From Patellaria atrata CBS 101060 (taxonomy: Eukaryota), in NCBI GenBank assembly GCA_010093705.1, contig MU006103.1, positions 124,001 to 188,000 on the forward strand: a DNA stretch of 64,000 bases, given 5' to 3'. The position numbers and the translations under genes were made by a program. Positions within the stretch are counted from its first letter, which is position 1; every line of letters starts with the position of its first letter. This document shows positions 63,101 to 64,000 of the stretch, one piece after another. The notes under the pieces were generated by a model that did no database searches, had not been told where the DNA came from, and was given only the letters and a program-made list of their open reading frames with translations.

Positions 63101-63768
63101 ATGGAGCATCAGGGCAGGGATTTGAAGAGTGAAGATGCCGAAACGAAATATGAAGACGAGGTAGAAAGTTCCTCGACGGCCGGACATCCAGAACAAGTCG
63201 AAATTGCTTCAGTGCAACGACCAAGAACACCCAAAGGTGAAGATGACGAGCCCAATGGTCTGTCAGATCGGATTGAGACAGATGAAGCTGACGGTGAGAG
63301 TGAAGACCCTGGCGAGGAGATAGAACCTTATGACTGGGATGATTTGTATCGAAGATTTTCAGAAATGGTAGCGGAGCGGGAAGAGGAGGAGGGCAAACTG
63401 ATGAACGAATTCGTGCAACTTTGCGGCGTACGGGATCCTTGCGTTCCAACACCTAAGGGTTCTGACTGAAAGTGAACAGTTCTTCCAACAATGGGCGAAT
63501 ACCACGACCGTTCATGAGGTTGAGCGCGCATCTAAACGGTAAGTGATCTACATTTCCCCGTGTGTGCGTACTGTACCGTCTGACTCTGCGTCTGTAGATT
63601 ACGAACCCGTGTATACCACGTTCAAAACTCAGAGAGCGAACTTGAAGCGAAAAGACAGCATTGTCAGTCATCAGACTACCTCTATCACCTTGACCTTTTA
63701 CTGATAGTCTTCCAGATCTCAACGTTGTGCAAGCTTTCCAAAGTGCGCTGAGTCTTCTTAACGGATGA
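63101..63768 (+). CDS. Hypothetical coiled-coil protein (4 exons)
   Basis: Exons 63101-63427, 63480-63538, 63598-63662 and 63716-63768 splice in frame at canonical sites. They give ...YDWDDLYRRF...FFQQWANTTTVHEVERASKRLRTRVYHVQNSESELEAKRQHYLNVVQAFQSALSLLNG*. Confidence 0.8.
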
Positions 63769-64000
63769 CGCTTCTTCTTTGTTGCAGGGATAACATATAA
63801 CTACCTCAGATATTCTTACCTCTATCGAAGCTTTGCAAGCTCCAAGAGAGGAAACACCGACACCCTCTCAGCGACAAGGTACAGGTCTACGCCAGCTGAG
63901 TTCTATATATCATAATAATTAGCATCCCATACGGTGTATCATCCTCTGATGTCTCAATTACTATCCTGGCTCACTTCCCGATATGTCCGAGAGACCGAAG

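Overview
This is a eukaryotic window from a filamentous ascomycete (Pezizomycotina). It is gene-dense, with short GT-AG introns and CTRAC-type branch points. I modelled about 25 protein-coding loci by hand. Core genes are UBA3 (partial), palC, the complex I 12 kDa subunit, STT3, ABP1, DUS2, COQ6, TAF2, MMS19, MTD1, RPF2, GRX3/4, a GH17 btgE/Scw11-like glucanase and ATG14. Accessory genes are a CE15 glucuronoyl esterase, a type-B carboxylesterase, a class-3 lipase, a leaderless lectin-like beta-propeller and two small Cys-rich ORFs. There is also a disabled FSH1 serine hydrolase pseudogene and a cluster of degenerate LTR-like relics at 21.4-22.5 kb. I saw no rRNA, tRNA or CRISPR, and I cannot demonstrate a wholly new multi-gene system. 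The best leads are: (1) a CE15 enzyme with an intact catalytic triad but altered uronate-binding residues; (2) a spliced 24-codon uORF in the TAF2 leader that becomes an overlapping ORF if the intron is retained; (3) a pair of MC-x9-CG[HY]...CxxC microproteins, one broken by a single TAG; (4) a three-blade cytoplasmic lectin-like gene; (5) LTR-like repeats that keep a central hairpin with different sequence. All family assignments are from motif recognition, not database searches.
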